Shown here: positions 19,476 through 29,155 of the stretch, piece by piece | Position numbering within the stretch: the stretch's first letter is position 1 | Layout: each line of letters starts with the position of its first letter | Origin: an uncultured virus (IMG/VR IMGVR_UViG_3300014656_005142) | Taxonomy: Duplodnaviria > Heunggongvirae > Uroviricota > Caudoviricetes | Length of the DNA: 64,000 nt | Strand: one strand, 5' to 3' | Virus record (IMG/VR): IMGVR_UViG_3300014656_005142 | Translations under genes and position numbers: made by a program | The notes under the pieces: generated by a model | The model's input: the letters and a program-made list of their open reading frames with translations, nothing else | What the model was told of the DNA's origin: nothing | Database searches by the model: none

Positions 19476-20848
19476 TGGCTGTGGAATCTAATAAGATTGA
19501 TTTTTATATGATGAGAGATGGGATTATAAGCCAGGGCCAAGGCTTTATTGAACTTTATATGCAGAAACCTGGTCAAATTATAAGGCCAATTACTGATGCT
19601 TCTATTATTTTAGAAATTTTTGAATCTTTTGGTAATTTTTGGAAAGCTGAAGTATATGTAGATATAGAAGAAGATCCTCGCCTTAAATATGTATCTATCG
19701 TTACTAATTACACAGGAAAATATATTAAATATTTAAAACATTCTCCTGAAATGTTAGAATGTGGGATTTTGTATGCGACTAAAACAGTTGGGTATGATGA
19801 CTCTGTAGATATTCCTTCTGGAATTAGTGATCCTAGAACTACTGAATTTTCAGGAGATTCTGTAGAAATAGGAATGCTAAAAGGGGGATGGGAAGGAGAA
19901 AGAAAAGATTGGGCATATTATGATCAGGAAGATTATAATCCTAGAGTTTCATTATTCAAAGATGGTCCTGGATCTAATTTTGAATATATTGCATATTATG
20001 GACAGACAAGAAAGTCTGGAGAAATAATTGAGAGAGTTTTTGAGTCTATTCCTCGGATTGATAGTCCTTGGTGGGCGACTGAATCTTGGTTTATAGAATG
20101 GAAATTATGGATCAAAGGCAAAGGAGTAACTAGTGACACTATAGATATTACTCCAGATTCTGATCAGAAATATAGTTACAGAATTTATACAGATGTAGGA
20201 AATCCTAGAGAGTATATTTGGGTCCAAAGTCAAGAAGTTCTTTTAGATATAGGAACAAGGGTCGTGATTATAAGAAATTATACTAATCAACCTTGGGTCA
20301 TTTCTTCTACCCTGAGCACAACTGCGATGAGAAAAAGAACATTTGCCCTTGATTCTAGAAACCCTTTATGTACTTCTTTAATAAATTATGATCCTTCTGC
20401 GAATCCTGTTAATTCTAACCAGCCTTCCTCCCATACAATGAGATTTACTGATTATCATCCGATTCCTTCTGACACTTATTTTTTAATAGGGCATTATAAT
20501 GATGTAACTGTTCTTCCTGATGAATTGAGAGAAAGAGTTAGAAATAATTCTGATGAAAGACCTGAATATTATGGAGTGATTCTTGCTAAAGCTCAATATC
20601 TTCCTTCTAATTTAAGAGGAGGAGTTATAGTTGAAAAAACATCTTATGTGGAAAATTATCCATCAACTGTTAAATATAGATATAGAATAAAAACTCATCA
20701 AGAAGAAATGTGGGCCATTGGTCAGTATTCTCAATATGAATTAGGAAGATGGGTTGTTGTGAGTAATTCAGATGAAGGAAACTGGTATATTATCGCAACA
20801 TCTGATAAATATTATGGGATAGCTGACCCAGGGGAAGGATTAAGATGA
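19475..20848 (+). CDS. Tail-associated hypothetical protein
   Basis: 457-aa ORF with TAATG coupling. Confidence 0.55.
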   Translation: MAVESNKIDFYMMRDGIISQGQGFIELYMQKPGQIIRPITDASIILEIFESFGNFWKAEVYVDIEEDPRLKYVSIVTNYTGKYIKYLKHSPEMLECGILYATKTVGYDDSVDIPSGISDPRTTEFSGDSVEIGMLKGGWEGERKDWAYYDQEDYNPRVSLFKDGPGSNFEYIAYYGQTRKSGEIIERVFESIPRIDSPWWATESWFIEWKLWIKGKGVTSDTIDITPDSDQKYSYRIYTDVGNPREYIWVQSQEVLLDIGTRVVIIRNYTNQPWVISSTLSTTAMRKRTFALDSRNPLCTSLINYDPSANPVNSNQPSSHTMRFTDYHPIPSDTYFLIGHYNDVTVLPDELRERVRNNSDERPEYYGVILAKAQYLPSNLRGGVIVEKTSYVENYPSTVKYRYRIKTHQEEMWAIGQYSQYELGRWVVVSNSDEGNWYIIATSDKYYGIADPGEGLR

Positions 20849-21789
20849 GTCATTTTCAATGGCAAGACATTGATCAGAATGCAGGAAATATAATAGTTGG
20901 ATATATATTTGATGTAAATGCTACGAGTTTAACTGCTACTATAAAGAAAATTTCTGGATCTGGGTTTTCCACTCTTCACTCTAACGTTCCTATTCATTAT
21001 CATTGTGATAACGATGTTTTGGCTGATAGCGGAAAACCTCTTTCAACTATTTATCCAGATAGTCAGGATGAGAATGGAGCTTTAGCTTTTCAGGATGGAG
21101 ATAAAGTAATTGTAATATATCGTAAAGTTGGAAATAAGAATCCTATGATTATAGGATTTAGTAATTATCAAAGATCATGTGCTTTTTGCCAAGTTGCAGG
21201 AAATGTTGTTAGTAACTGTAGTTTTGATCAAGTTATAATTCCATCTGGATCTATTGGATTTGATAATTGGGTTATTATAGGATTAGAATATAGTACAATT
21301 ACAAGAGTTGTGTCAGAACATAAATGGGGGTCTTATTCTCTTTATGTAGAAGCGGATAATAGAGATGAACTAAGTATCATTCAGATATTATCTTCTTCTA
21401 TAAATGCTCCTATTAATTCTGGAATGTGGATTAATCCCACTCAGAGTCTTTCTGCTGTGGATAAATCTGAATTGTATATGGCTGAGTTTTTTTATGATCC
21501 TTGGGGAAATCTATGGGGATATGATTATTTAGGAGCCAGTTATATACGATGGCCTGAATCTTATGAACCAATTGATACAGTTGGAAGATTAAAAAAATAT
21601 AGAAATTGGTCTTCTATTATTCCTAATGTTTGGAGTTCTATAGAATATGATTATGGTGTAGATATTGTTCCTGAATTTAATCAGATAAGAGGAACTGGAA
21701 TTAGAGTTATTGGCTTAGATATATCCTTTTATCTTGATGGATTTTGGCTTAGAGAAGTTAATAGTGTTCCTACAGGGTATGTTTTTTAA
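20845..21789 (+). CDS. Tail spike / receptor-binding-like protein with carbohydrate-binding-like C-terminus
   Basis: NVPIHYHC..AFQDGDKVIV..IIGF N-terminus; NVVSNCSF..WGSYSL..FYLDGF jelly-roll-like C-terminus. Confidence 0.5.
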   Translation: MSHFQWQDIDQNAGNIIVGYIFDVNATSLTATIKKISGSGFSTLHSNVPIHYHCDNDVLADSGKPLSTIYPDSQDENGALAFQDGDKVIVIYRKVGNKNPMIIGFSNYQRSCAFCQVAGNVVSNCSFDQVIIPSGSIGFDNWVIIGLEYSTITRVVSEHKWGSYSLYVEADNRDELSIIQILSSSINAPINSGMWINPTQSLSAVDKSELYMAEFFYDPWGNLWGYDYLGASYIRWPESYEPIDTVGRLKKYRNWSSIIPNVWSSIEYDYGVDIVPEFNQIRGTGIRVIGLDISFYLDGFWLREVNSVPTGYVF

Positions 21790-21809
21790 TTTCAGAAAGG
21801 AGATTTTTT

Positions 21810-22154
21810 ATGGATCAAAAAGATATTCCAAAAAAAGAAGAAGGTCAACAATCTACTACTTTTCCCAATGAACAATTTATCAATGAAATTCTTTCTCATC
21901 TTTCTAGTGTTGTTTTATCTAACCTAAAGATCTACATATCAGAGAGATTTCAAGAATTAAGTCCTATCTTTAAAGATGTAGGAGATACTAAACTCAATGT
22001 AGCTGCTCTTTCTACTATTCTATCTTCTAAGAATCTATTTACTAAAGAAGAGTTTTCAGACTGTTTCCAAGAAATGACTAAATCTTTTGGAATTGTGGAT
22101 AAAGATGGAAACATGTCTGGAACTGTAGTTATAACAGATTATAATTTTAAATAG
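21810..22154 (+). CDS. Hypothetical protein, paralog of 46948..47274
   Basis: LSSKNLFTKEEF..VDKDGNMSG..YN vs LSNKKIFTADEY..VDKNGNMSG..YN. Confidence 0.7.
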   Translation: MDQKDIPKKEEGQQSTTFPNEQFINEILSHLSSVVLSNLKIYISERFQELSPIFKDVGDTKLNVAALSTILSSKNLFTKEEFSDCFQEMTKSFGIVDKDGNMSGTVVITDYNFK

Positions 22155-22169
22155 ACAGAGGAGGTCAGA

Positions 22170-23273
22170 ATGAAAGTAGTTAGGATAACAGAAGAATGCA
22201 AAGTTATAGATAGAGGGATAGAAACAGCTACTCTTGAAAAAGGCAAGTTTTATATAATGTCAGACATCTTTTTCGATAGAGTTTATTTCACAAATCCTAA
22301 TATTTTTGGCTTAGAAGTCCCGTTTAAAGAGGTTTATAATAAGTATAAAGGGCAACCATTAGACAATAAAAAGATACTTATGCTTAGACACGGAGGAGGA
22401 GGAGATATACTGTTCATGATGACAGGGGCTAGGGAATTAAAAAGAATGTATCCAAGTATGAAACTCGGAATTGCTATAGGTAAACAATATGATCCTATAG
22501 TAAAATATTCTATGACTGAAAACATATATACTCTTCCTCTTAAGTTAGATATTTGGAACAATTACCATTATCATCTTATATTTGAAAATTTAATAGAGAA
22601 TAATAAAGAAGCTGAAGAATTTAATTCATATGATCTTTTCATGAGAGAAATGGGATTAGATATTAAAAAAGTTGACCCTGAAAATAAAATTCCTTCTATA
22701 ACAGTTAAAGATGAAGAAATAGATCAAGCTAAAAAAGAACATCTTTTTCTTCTATCTCCTAAGAAAAAAATAGGAATTCAGATAGAATCTTCTTCTCCTA
22801 TAAGAACTTATCCTCCTTACCATTATATTAAAGTGGCAAAAATGCTGACTGACAAAGGATATCAAGTCTATCTTTTTGGAGGAGAAAATCAGAAAAATAT
22901 AATTGATTCTCTTATCGAAGAGATTGATAAAGTTGAGGTTTATGACGTTTCAGGACCTAATTTAAGAAAAGCAATAGTCATAGCTAAACTTATGGATTGT
23001 TTTATTGCTCCAGATTCTATGTTTATACATATAGCGGGAGCCTTTAGAATTCCTGTTATTGGAATCTATACTCCTTTTCATTCAGGCGCAAGAATGAGAT
23101 ATTTTAAAAATGCCATAGGAATAGATTCTCAAGTAGGATGTTCTCCCTGTTGGACTCATGGACATAGTCCTTGTCATAAAGGAAACCCCAGTCCTTGTTT
23201 TTCTACTATAACTCCTGAATTGATTATTGAAGTTTTTGAAAAGAAAATAGAAGGAGAACTTTGGGGAAGATAA
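22170..23273 (+). CDS. Glycosyltransferase family 9 (heptosyltransferase-like)
   Basis: RHGGGGDIL, SSSPIRTYP, FIAPDSMFIHIAGA, CSPC...C. Confidence 0.88.
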   Translation: MKVVRITEECKVIDRGIETATLEKGKFYIMSDIFFDRVYFTNPNIFGLEVPFKEVYNKYKGQPLDNKKILMLRHGGGGDILFMMTGARELKRMYPSMKLGIAIGKQYDPIVKYSMTENIYTLPLKLDIWNNYHYHLIFENLIENNKEAEEFNSYDLFMREMGLDIKKVDPENKIPSITVKDEEIDQAKKEHLFLLSPKKKIGIQIESSSPIRTYPPYHYIKVAKMLTDKGYQVYLFGGENQKNIIDSLIEEIDKVEVYDVSGPNLRKAIVIAKLMDCFIAPDSMFIHIAGAFRIPVIGIYTPFHSGARMRYFKNAIGIDSQVGCSPCWTHGHSPCHKGNPSPCFSTITPELIIEVFEKKIEGELWGR

Positions 23274-23274
23274 A

Positions 23275-24024
23275 ATGTGGATTAAATTAATGAGAGGAGA
23301 TTGTCTTGAAAGAATGAAAAAAATTGAAGATCATTCTGTTGATATGATTTTAGCAGATCCACCTTATGGAACTACAGCTTGTAAGTGGGATTCTATAATT
23401 TCACTAGAACCTATGTGGGATCATCTTAAAAGAATTATAAAGGATAATGGGACTATTGCGATGACAGCAGCGCAGCCATTTACAACTACTCTTATTTCAA
23501 GTAATATGAAAATGTTTAAATATGAATGGATCTGGGATAAGAATAAAGCTTCAAATCTAATGCTTGCTTATAAACAACCATTAAAAATTCATGAAAATAT
23601 CCTTGTTTTTTACAAAAATCAACCAATCTATAATCCTCAAAAAACTGAAGGAAAAGATTATAAAAGAAGAAAAAGTCATAATATAAATAGAACAGATGGA
23701 GCAATTAATCTGAGGAATAAAATAAAATATTCTGATAAACATGAAACAAATAAGAGATTACCTGTTACCATTCAATATTTTTCAAACCATAGAGAAAAGA
23801 AAAATGTTTATCATCCAACTCAAAAACCAGTAGCTCTTATAGAATATTTAATTAAGACTTATACCAATGAAGGAGATGTGATTTTAGATTTTGCTATGGG
23901 TTCAGGAACAACAGGAGTAGCTTGTGTAAATCTTAATAGAAACTTCATAGGAATAGAAATTGATAAAAAATACTATGAAATAGCCAAAGAAAGAATTAAG
24001 AGTAATAAATTATGGAAGAATTAA
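23275..24024 (+). CDS. DNA amino-methyltransferase (N6A/N4C, beta class)
   Basis: DPPY, HPTQKP, LDFAMGSGTT, GIEID. Confidence 0.93.
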   Translation: MWIKLMRGDCLERMKKIEDHSVDMILADPPYGTTACKWDSIISLEPMWDHLKRIIKDNGTIAMTAAQPFTTTLISSNMKMFKYEWIWDKNKASNLMLAYKQPLKIHENILVFYKNQPIYNPQKTEGKDYKRRKSHNINRTDGAINLRNKIKYSDKHETNKRLPVTIQYFSNHREKKNVYHPTQKPVALIEYLIKTYTNEGDVILDFAMGSGTTGVACVNLNRNFIGIEIDKKYYEIAKERIKSNKLWKN

Positions 24025-24224
24025 TTGCAAATTGGGTTTGTCTTAACTGCTTTTTCATAGGAAAGCATGAAGATAGAGAGTTGCTATGTTGTGATAAACC
24101 TCGGATATTTCTTGCCACAGAATACTATAGTTTGAGAAAAGAAGAAGTTGTATTTAGATCAAAAATTAGAAATGGATATCTATCAGGAAACCTTTCTTTT
24201 GAATCTTTAAAACTTATACAATAA
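24012..24224 (+). CDS. Small Cys-containing hypothetical protein
   Basis: ORF track; CLNC...CCD. Confidence 0.55.
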   Translation: MEELIANWVCLNCFFIGKHEDRELLCCDKPRIFLATEYYSLRKEEVVFRSKIRNGYLSGNLSFESLKLIQ

Positions 24225-24238
24225 GGAGGAAAATAAAT

Positions 24239-24559
24239 ATGGAAAGTGAAAACAAAAAACTTTATACAATCACTTTTGAAGGAATATATTCTCATGGAAT
24301 GAAGGGGATATTTTCAACTTTAGAAACTTCTATTAAAAAATCTATTGAAATTATTGGAGAAGAACCAGATGATTATCACAAATTTATAATTAGAGAATAT
24401 ATTCTTGATAATTTTGTAGAAGATGGAAAACTGATTGTAGGAGTTGAAAGATTTGGAACAAAAATAATTTTAAATATATCTAAAAAAGAAAGTTCCCATA
24501 AAAAACAAATATCAAAACTTTTTAATAATTATGAAATAAAAATATCTGAATATGATTAG
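24239..24559 (+). CDS. Hypothetical protein
   Basis: AGGAGG SD; ORF track. Confidence 0.65.
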   Translation: MESENKKLYTITFEGIYSHGMKGIFSTLETSIKKSIEIIGEEPDDYHKFIIREYILDNFVEDGKLIVGVERFGTKIILNISKKESSHKKQISKLFNNYEIKISEYD

Positions 24560-24568
24560 GAGGAAAAA

Positions 24569-25324
24569 ATGGAAAAGATAAATCTTAGTCCAGATCCAAA
24601 ATCTTCGATTATTATTCTTGCCTATGACAGTCCTCAGCATTTAATAAAAACAGTAGAAACTCTTAGAGATCATACAGATTATTTAGATTTTGAAATTGTA
24701 ATATCTGATAATTCCATAGGAACTCCTAAAGAAGAGGAAATAAGAAGTTTGTGCATAGATTATTCAGGAGGATGGGAGAATATATTTTATATTAAAAATT
24801 CAGAAAATTTATATCATGGGCCTGGATGTATGGCAGGATTCAGTATCGTTGACAAAAAGAGTAAATATATTGTATTTGCCAATGATGATATTTTTATTCC
24901 TGCCAGTCAATCTTATTGGCTTAAGAAAATGGTAGATTTTATGGAAAAGGATGAAAGAGCAGCTTCTGTTACTCCTGCTCTTTATAGTGAAAAAGAAACT
25001 GTATATTGGGTAGGAAAAAAGAATCCTGATCAACCTTATCATGATTTTCTGCATATTCCAAGAGGAGATGAAAGAATTCCTATTTATCCTACAAAGACTT
25101 GTTATAATAACTTTGCTCTTATCTTAACTAGAAGATATCTTGTAGAAGAAATTCCCATAGGGCAGACTTGTAAGCATTATGGATCTGATAGTGAGTTTGC
25201 AAATAGAATAAAAGACAAGTACCCAGATATGGAACATTGGGTCATTCCAGAGATTAAGTGTTATCATTTTAATCTCTTTGCTAAAAGATTTAATTATGGA
25301 AAGGATAAGATCGTCGACGGCTAG
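24569..25324 (+). CDS. Glycosyltransferase family 2
   Basis: SIIILAY, EIVISDN, YIVFANDD, YGSD. Confidence 0.85.
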   Translation: MEKINLSPDPKSSIIILAYDSPQHLIKTVETLRDHTDYLDFEIVISDNSIGTPKEEEIRSLCIDYSGGWENIFYIKNSENLYHGPGCMAGFSIVDKKSKYIVFANDDIFIPASQSYWLKKMVDFMEKDERAASVTPALYSEKETVYWVGKKNPDQPYHDFLHIPRGDERIPIYPTKTCYNNFALILTRRYLVEEIPIGQTCKHYGSDSEFANRIKDKYPDMEHWVIPEIKCYHFNLFAKRFNYGKDKIVDG

Positions 25325-25508
25325 TATCAGATAGGTGCAATTTTGGCTATACTAAAAATGCAGTACAAAAAACTTTATAAGACCGTTTCAGACGTGTCTA
25401 ATCGGATCGTGGTTAGCTTCAAACTAGGCAAGGCATGGTTTGGTATAGGCTGCTTTTTTAAGGAAGTTTAATTCTTATTTAAAATAAAGCATTTAGAGGC
25501 AACAAGTA

Positions 25509-26153
25509 ATGAAGGTTAGGCCCCTAAAAAAGAAAATTCTTTTAAAGAATAATAAAATTAATAGTTCTGAGCTAAATTCAACACAGATCGGAAAATTAGA
25601 ATTTTTATCGGAGAAAATAGAACTCTGCAATAAATGCAAAAGATTAAGAAAAAATGGAATAGCAATTCCTTACTGGAGCAAGAGATCTAAATATTTAATG
25701 TTGGCTGAAGGACCAGGGGGAGATGAAGTTAAAGAAGAAAACAGAACTCCTCTTGTAGGGAAAGCAGGAAGGTTATGTTTCAAAGTTCTTAATGATTTCG
25801 GATTTAAGAGAGAAGATTTTCTTATTATTAATTGTGTTCAATGTAGGCCTCTGAACGAATATGGAGGAAATGGAAAACCTCTTCCTGGAGAAATTGAAAA
25901 TTGCAATTTTTGGTTTAGAAAATATTTAGAAGTTTTAAATCCTCCTATAATATTAGCTTTAGGAGGATACGCTTTTAATAAAATTACTAAGAGCAATATA
26001 GGAATAACAAAAGTGAGTGGAAAATTAATTTACAGTTCTGGATTTAATGTTATTCCTTGTATTCATCCAGCTTCTGTTTTATATAGTCCAGAAAACAAAA
26101 GATTATTTGTCGAATCTCTAAAAAATTTTAAAAAGGAGGTTGCAAGAAGGTAA
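25509..26153 (+). CDS. Uracil-DNA glycosylase family 4
   Basis: CNKC, AEGPGGDE, PLVGKAG, NCVQCRP, LALG, HPAS. Confidence 0.92.
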   Translation: MKVRPLKKKILLKNNKINSSELNSTQIGKLEFLSEKIELCNKCKRLRKNGIAIPYWSKRSKYLMLAEGPGGDEVKEENRTPLVGKAGRLCFKVLNDFGFKREDFLIINCVQCRPLNEYGGNGKPLPGEIENCNFWFRKYLEVLNPPIILALGGYAFNKITKSNIGITKVSGKLIYSSGFNVIPCIHPASVLYSPENKRLFVESLKNFKKEVARR

Positions 26154-26330
26154 ATGGAAGATATTTGGAGTTTTAAAAACTCTGATCCCATTTCTGATAT
26201 CAAAGAATGGATGAGAATACATAGAAAGAATGAAGAGAATATATCTAATCAAGAAATTTTAAATAAAAAACTTAATCAATTTTATGAAAATGTTAAAAAA
26301 TTTAAAGAAAAGGAGGTTTTGGAAAAGTAA
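26154..26330 (+). CDS. Small hypothetical protein (58 aa, not in ORF track)
   Basis: MEDIWSF...EVLEK*; AGGAGG SD; fills the gap exactly. Confidence 0.6.
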   Translation: MEDIWSFKNSDPISDIKEWMRIHRKNEENISNQEILNKKLNQFYENVKKFKEKEVLEK

Positions 26331-27356
26331 ATGGAAAATCAATTAAAAGATATTATTCTATTTGCTAAGTTCACTTTTCATCTTTCCTGTTTAGAACCCA
26401 TAAGTGAAGAATTAACTAAATTGGGAATAGAGAATTCTCTTATCACTCAAAGACATGTGGTCTATGATTCTTTTAATGAAAGAAAGAAGAAATTCAAAGT
26501 TATAATAATTGCTGATGAATATTTCAACTTATTTAGAGATTGTGCTGAAGTTATGGTAGGAACAGGGCATTCTCTTGTATCTAAAAATACAACTTTCAGT
26601 TCTAGAAATAATGATGCTGATTATCTCTGTGTTGCAAGTAATTGGCAGAAAAACGAATTCATTAACAGGGGAATTTATCCTAGAAAAGAATTCTGGATAA
26701 CTGGATATCCTGCTGCGGATAATCTCTTTAAGAAAAATATCAGTAGTTATAAGAATATTATCTTCTTCCCAACTAATGGAAAAAAGAATATCTTAATTGC
26801 TCCTACATATAACCGTGATCTTAACTTAATGGACTCTTTTATAAGATCAGAACAAGTGGTTTCAGAATTGGTTAACAAATTTAACCTAATTTTTAAGCCC
26901 CATCCAGTTCTTCCAAAAAAATATCCTGATCAAATGGAATTTATGAAACATCTATCAAACAAATATGAAAATGTAAATTATGTAGAAGATAGCCATTCAA
27001 ATATATCAGATTATATTTTACTTAGTGATATGTTTTTAGGAGACTGTTCTGGAGCTATGATATTAGCTCTAGCTGGAAATAAACCCATTATAGCATATAA
27101 TAATCCTAATAGACTTAGTTCTCCATATTATGATAAGAATGGATTAGAATGGACAATGAGAAAAGATTTTGCTCATGAAATAGAAGATATCTCTGAACTT
27201 CTAAACACTCTTGAATACGGTATTTTTTATACTAAAGATATTTCTGATCCATTAGCTTATGAAAGAACTAAGGTTAAAAATTTAATCTTTGGAGATTTCC
27301 AAGATGGAGAAAGTTCTAAAAGAATTGCAGAAAAGATAAGGAGGATTATAACCTAA
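26331..27356 (+). CDS. CDP-glycerol glycerophosphotransferase (TagF/TagB-like) family protein
   Basis: GH, TGYP..D, ILIAPTY, KPHP, SDMFLGDCS, DGESSKRI motifs. Confidence 0.8.
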   Translation: MENQLKDIILFAKFTFHLSCLEPISEELTKLGIENSLITQRHVVYDSFNERKKKFKVIIIADEYFNLFRDCAEVMVGTGHSLVSKNTTFSSRNNDADYLCVASNWQKNEFINRGIYPRKEFWITGYPAADNLFKKNISSYKNIIFFPTNGKKNILIAPTYNRDLNLMDSFIRSEQVVSELVNKFNLIFKPHPVLPKKYPDQMEFMKHLSNKYENVNYVEDSHSNISDYILLSDMFLGDCSGAMILALAGNKPIIAYNNPNRLSSPYYDKNGLEWTMRKDFAHEIEDISELLNTLEYGIFYTKDISDPLAYERTKVKNLIFGDFQDGESSKRIAEKIRRIIT

Positions 27357-27397
27357 TGTTCAATGTTAGTAAATCAAATACAAAAGGAGATAGTATT

Positions 27398-27499
27398 ATG
27401 GGAAGAAAAAACAAAAAAGTAAAACCTAAATCTAAGGGATCTAATGCAACACAAACTTCTTCAAAAAAGAAAGGAAAGGGAGGAAAAAAGAAAAAATAA
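27398..27499 (+). CDS. 33-aa highly basic peptide (not in ORF track)
   Basis: MGRKNKKVKPKSKGSNATQTSSKKKGKGGKKKK; AAGGAG SD. Confidence 0.55.
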   Translation: MGRKNKKVKPKSKGSNATQTSSKKKGKGGKKKK

Positions 27500-27525
27500 C
27501 TTTAAACACAAAAGGAGATTAAAAA

Positions 27526-28269
27526 ATGAAAGCTTATATTTCTGGAGATCTCATATTCCCCGAAAAGCTTGATGAAACTTTTTTAGTTGTAATTGATAAT
27601 ACGGTAATAGAATCATGTGATGAAACTATAGGATTTTTTACAAGCAATTACAAGCCAATTACTAAGGAAATTAGTGGAGAAGATATGGTGGTTCTTGATC
27701 GAAAGGTATTAGATTATATAACCAAGAATGGAGAACCGAGTGGAACGATCTTATCTTCTAAAGCTAAAAAGCTCACTCTTATTGAACCTATAAAACCTAT
27801 AATTTTAAACAACGAAAAATTCCCACCTAAGAGAGCATTATATGATAGCAATCAAATATTCATTCCCAAGACTACTATTCCCTTAGGATCATCTGAGGGA
27901 GAGGGGGGAGGGGGGGAGTGGGTAAAACACAAAACTTCACATAAACCATCTAAACCACCTGAACCGAAAGATAACTTAAATAATCTAAATAAAACTAATC
28001 TAAATAAATCTAATCTAAAAGAATTAAAAGAAGAATCAAAAGATCAAGAAGATAATATTAATATTCGAGATCAAGAAGAAGAACCTGATACTAATAAAGA
28101 TCTTAAATTAGATTTAGAAGAAAAAATAAAGAATGAAAAAGATTCTTTCTTCTTTGATTCTGAAAATGAATATAGAAAGAAGAAAAAGATCAAGTTCTTG
28201 GATAAAAAAAGATCTAGAAAAATTAAAAAAATAGAAGAAGAAGGTTTTTTGGACGATGATGTTGCTTAA
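27526..28269 (+). CDS. Hypothetical protein with low-complexity C-terminal half
   Basis: AAGGAG SD; contains G-runs and TAATCTAAA repeats. Confidence 0.55.
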   Translation: MKAYISGDLIFPEKLDETFLVVIDNTVIESCDETIGFFTSNYKPITKEISGEDMVVLDRKVLDYITKNGEPSGTILSSKAKKLTLIEPIKPIILNNEKFPPKRALYDSNQIFIPKTTIPLGSSEGEGGGGEWVKHKTSHKPSKPPEPKDNLNNLNKTNLNKSNLKELKEESKDQEDNINIRDQEEEPDTNKDLKLDLEEKIKNEKDSFFFDSENEYRKKKKIKFLDKKRSRKIKKIEEEGFLDDDVA

Positions 28270-28644
28270 CTGGTTAATTAACAAATTTGAAAACTTTTTT
28301 ATTCCCAGAGCAATGATTTTATTTTTTGGAAAAAGGGAGAAAAGGGGTAGGGGATAAGAGGAAAAAAGGATATCTTAATCTTATTAAAGCTTATTAATAT
28401 TATATTTCTTTTCTTTCTCTTATCTCTCTCTGTTTTTATCTCTATCCTAATATATTATCTCTGAGAGTATTTCTCGAAGAGATACTCATCATTCAAGATG
28501 AATAAAGTAATCGATCAGACTCTGAGTCAAGATAAGAGTCAAGATTAGGGGTAAAAACGTTTTTGGTTAACCAAAAGAAAGAAAATTAAAAAAAAGATAA
28601 AGAAAAGATCTAAAAAAAATGAAAAAATAAGGAAAACGGATAAA
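28270..28644. other. Non-coding origin-like / regulatory region
   Basis: Largest ORF-free gap in the window; purine tract then pyrimidine tract, inverted repeats, GAGTCAAGAT direct repeat, A-tracts. Confidence 0.4.
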
Positions 28645-28848
28645 ATGAAAGAAAATAACAAAAAAGATCTTAAATTAGAAAAAGAAAAAGATAATAAAGA
28701 AGAAAAAATTTTAAAGTCTAAAAAAGAAAGAGCAGAAAAAAAGAAAATAGATAGAGAAATTATGAGAGTTAAAAGAATAAAAAATCTAGAAAGAGAACTT
28801 TCTTTCTTAGAAGCTTTTTTGGATCCAGAACTATTTAAAATTTATTAA
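28645..28848 (+). CDS. Small charged hypothetical protein
   Basis: ORF track. Confidence 0.5.
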   Translation: MKENNKKDLKLEKEKDNKEEKILKSKKERAEKKKIDREIMRVKRIKNLERELSFLEAFLDPELFKIY

Positions 28849-28884
28849 AAAATATGAATAATAAAGATAGGAGTTCAGTAAGTC

Positions 28885-29145
28885 ATGTCTAAAATAGAAA
28901 TAGATTTTAGGTCTGGATGGGGAATGAATAATAAAATAAACATTGACGATGTTAATTTGTCTAACTTAGTTTCAGATGTTAGCCTAAATTTTTCTCCAGG
29001 AAGTTTGGTTCTGGGAAGATTTGAAGTTTTTCTAACTTCAGCAAAAATAACTACAGAAGGAATCGTTGAAATTAATGGAGTTCCTGTAAGTGATGATATT
29101 GGAAGAGAAATTTATAAAAGTCTTAAAGAAAAATATGAAAAATAG
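28885..29145 (+). CDS. Hypothetical protein
   Basis: AGGAG SD; ORF track. Confidence 0.65.
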   Translation: MSKIEIDFRSGWGMNNKINIDDVNLSNLVSDVSLNFSPGSLVLGRFEVFLTSAKITTEGIVEINGVPVSDDIGREIYKSLKEKYEK

Positions 29146-29155
29146 GGAGAGATTC

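Noticed and set aside
12628..21789. Diversity-generating retroelement or invertible tail-fibre cassette
   Set aside because: No reverse transcriptase, invertase or TR/VR pair was seen
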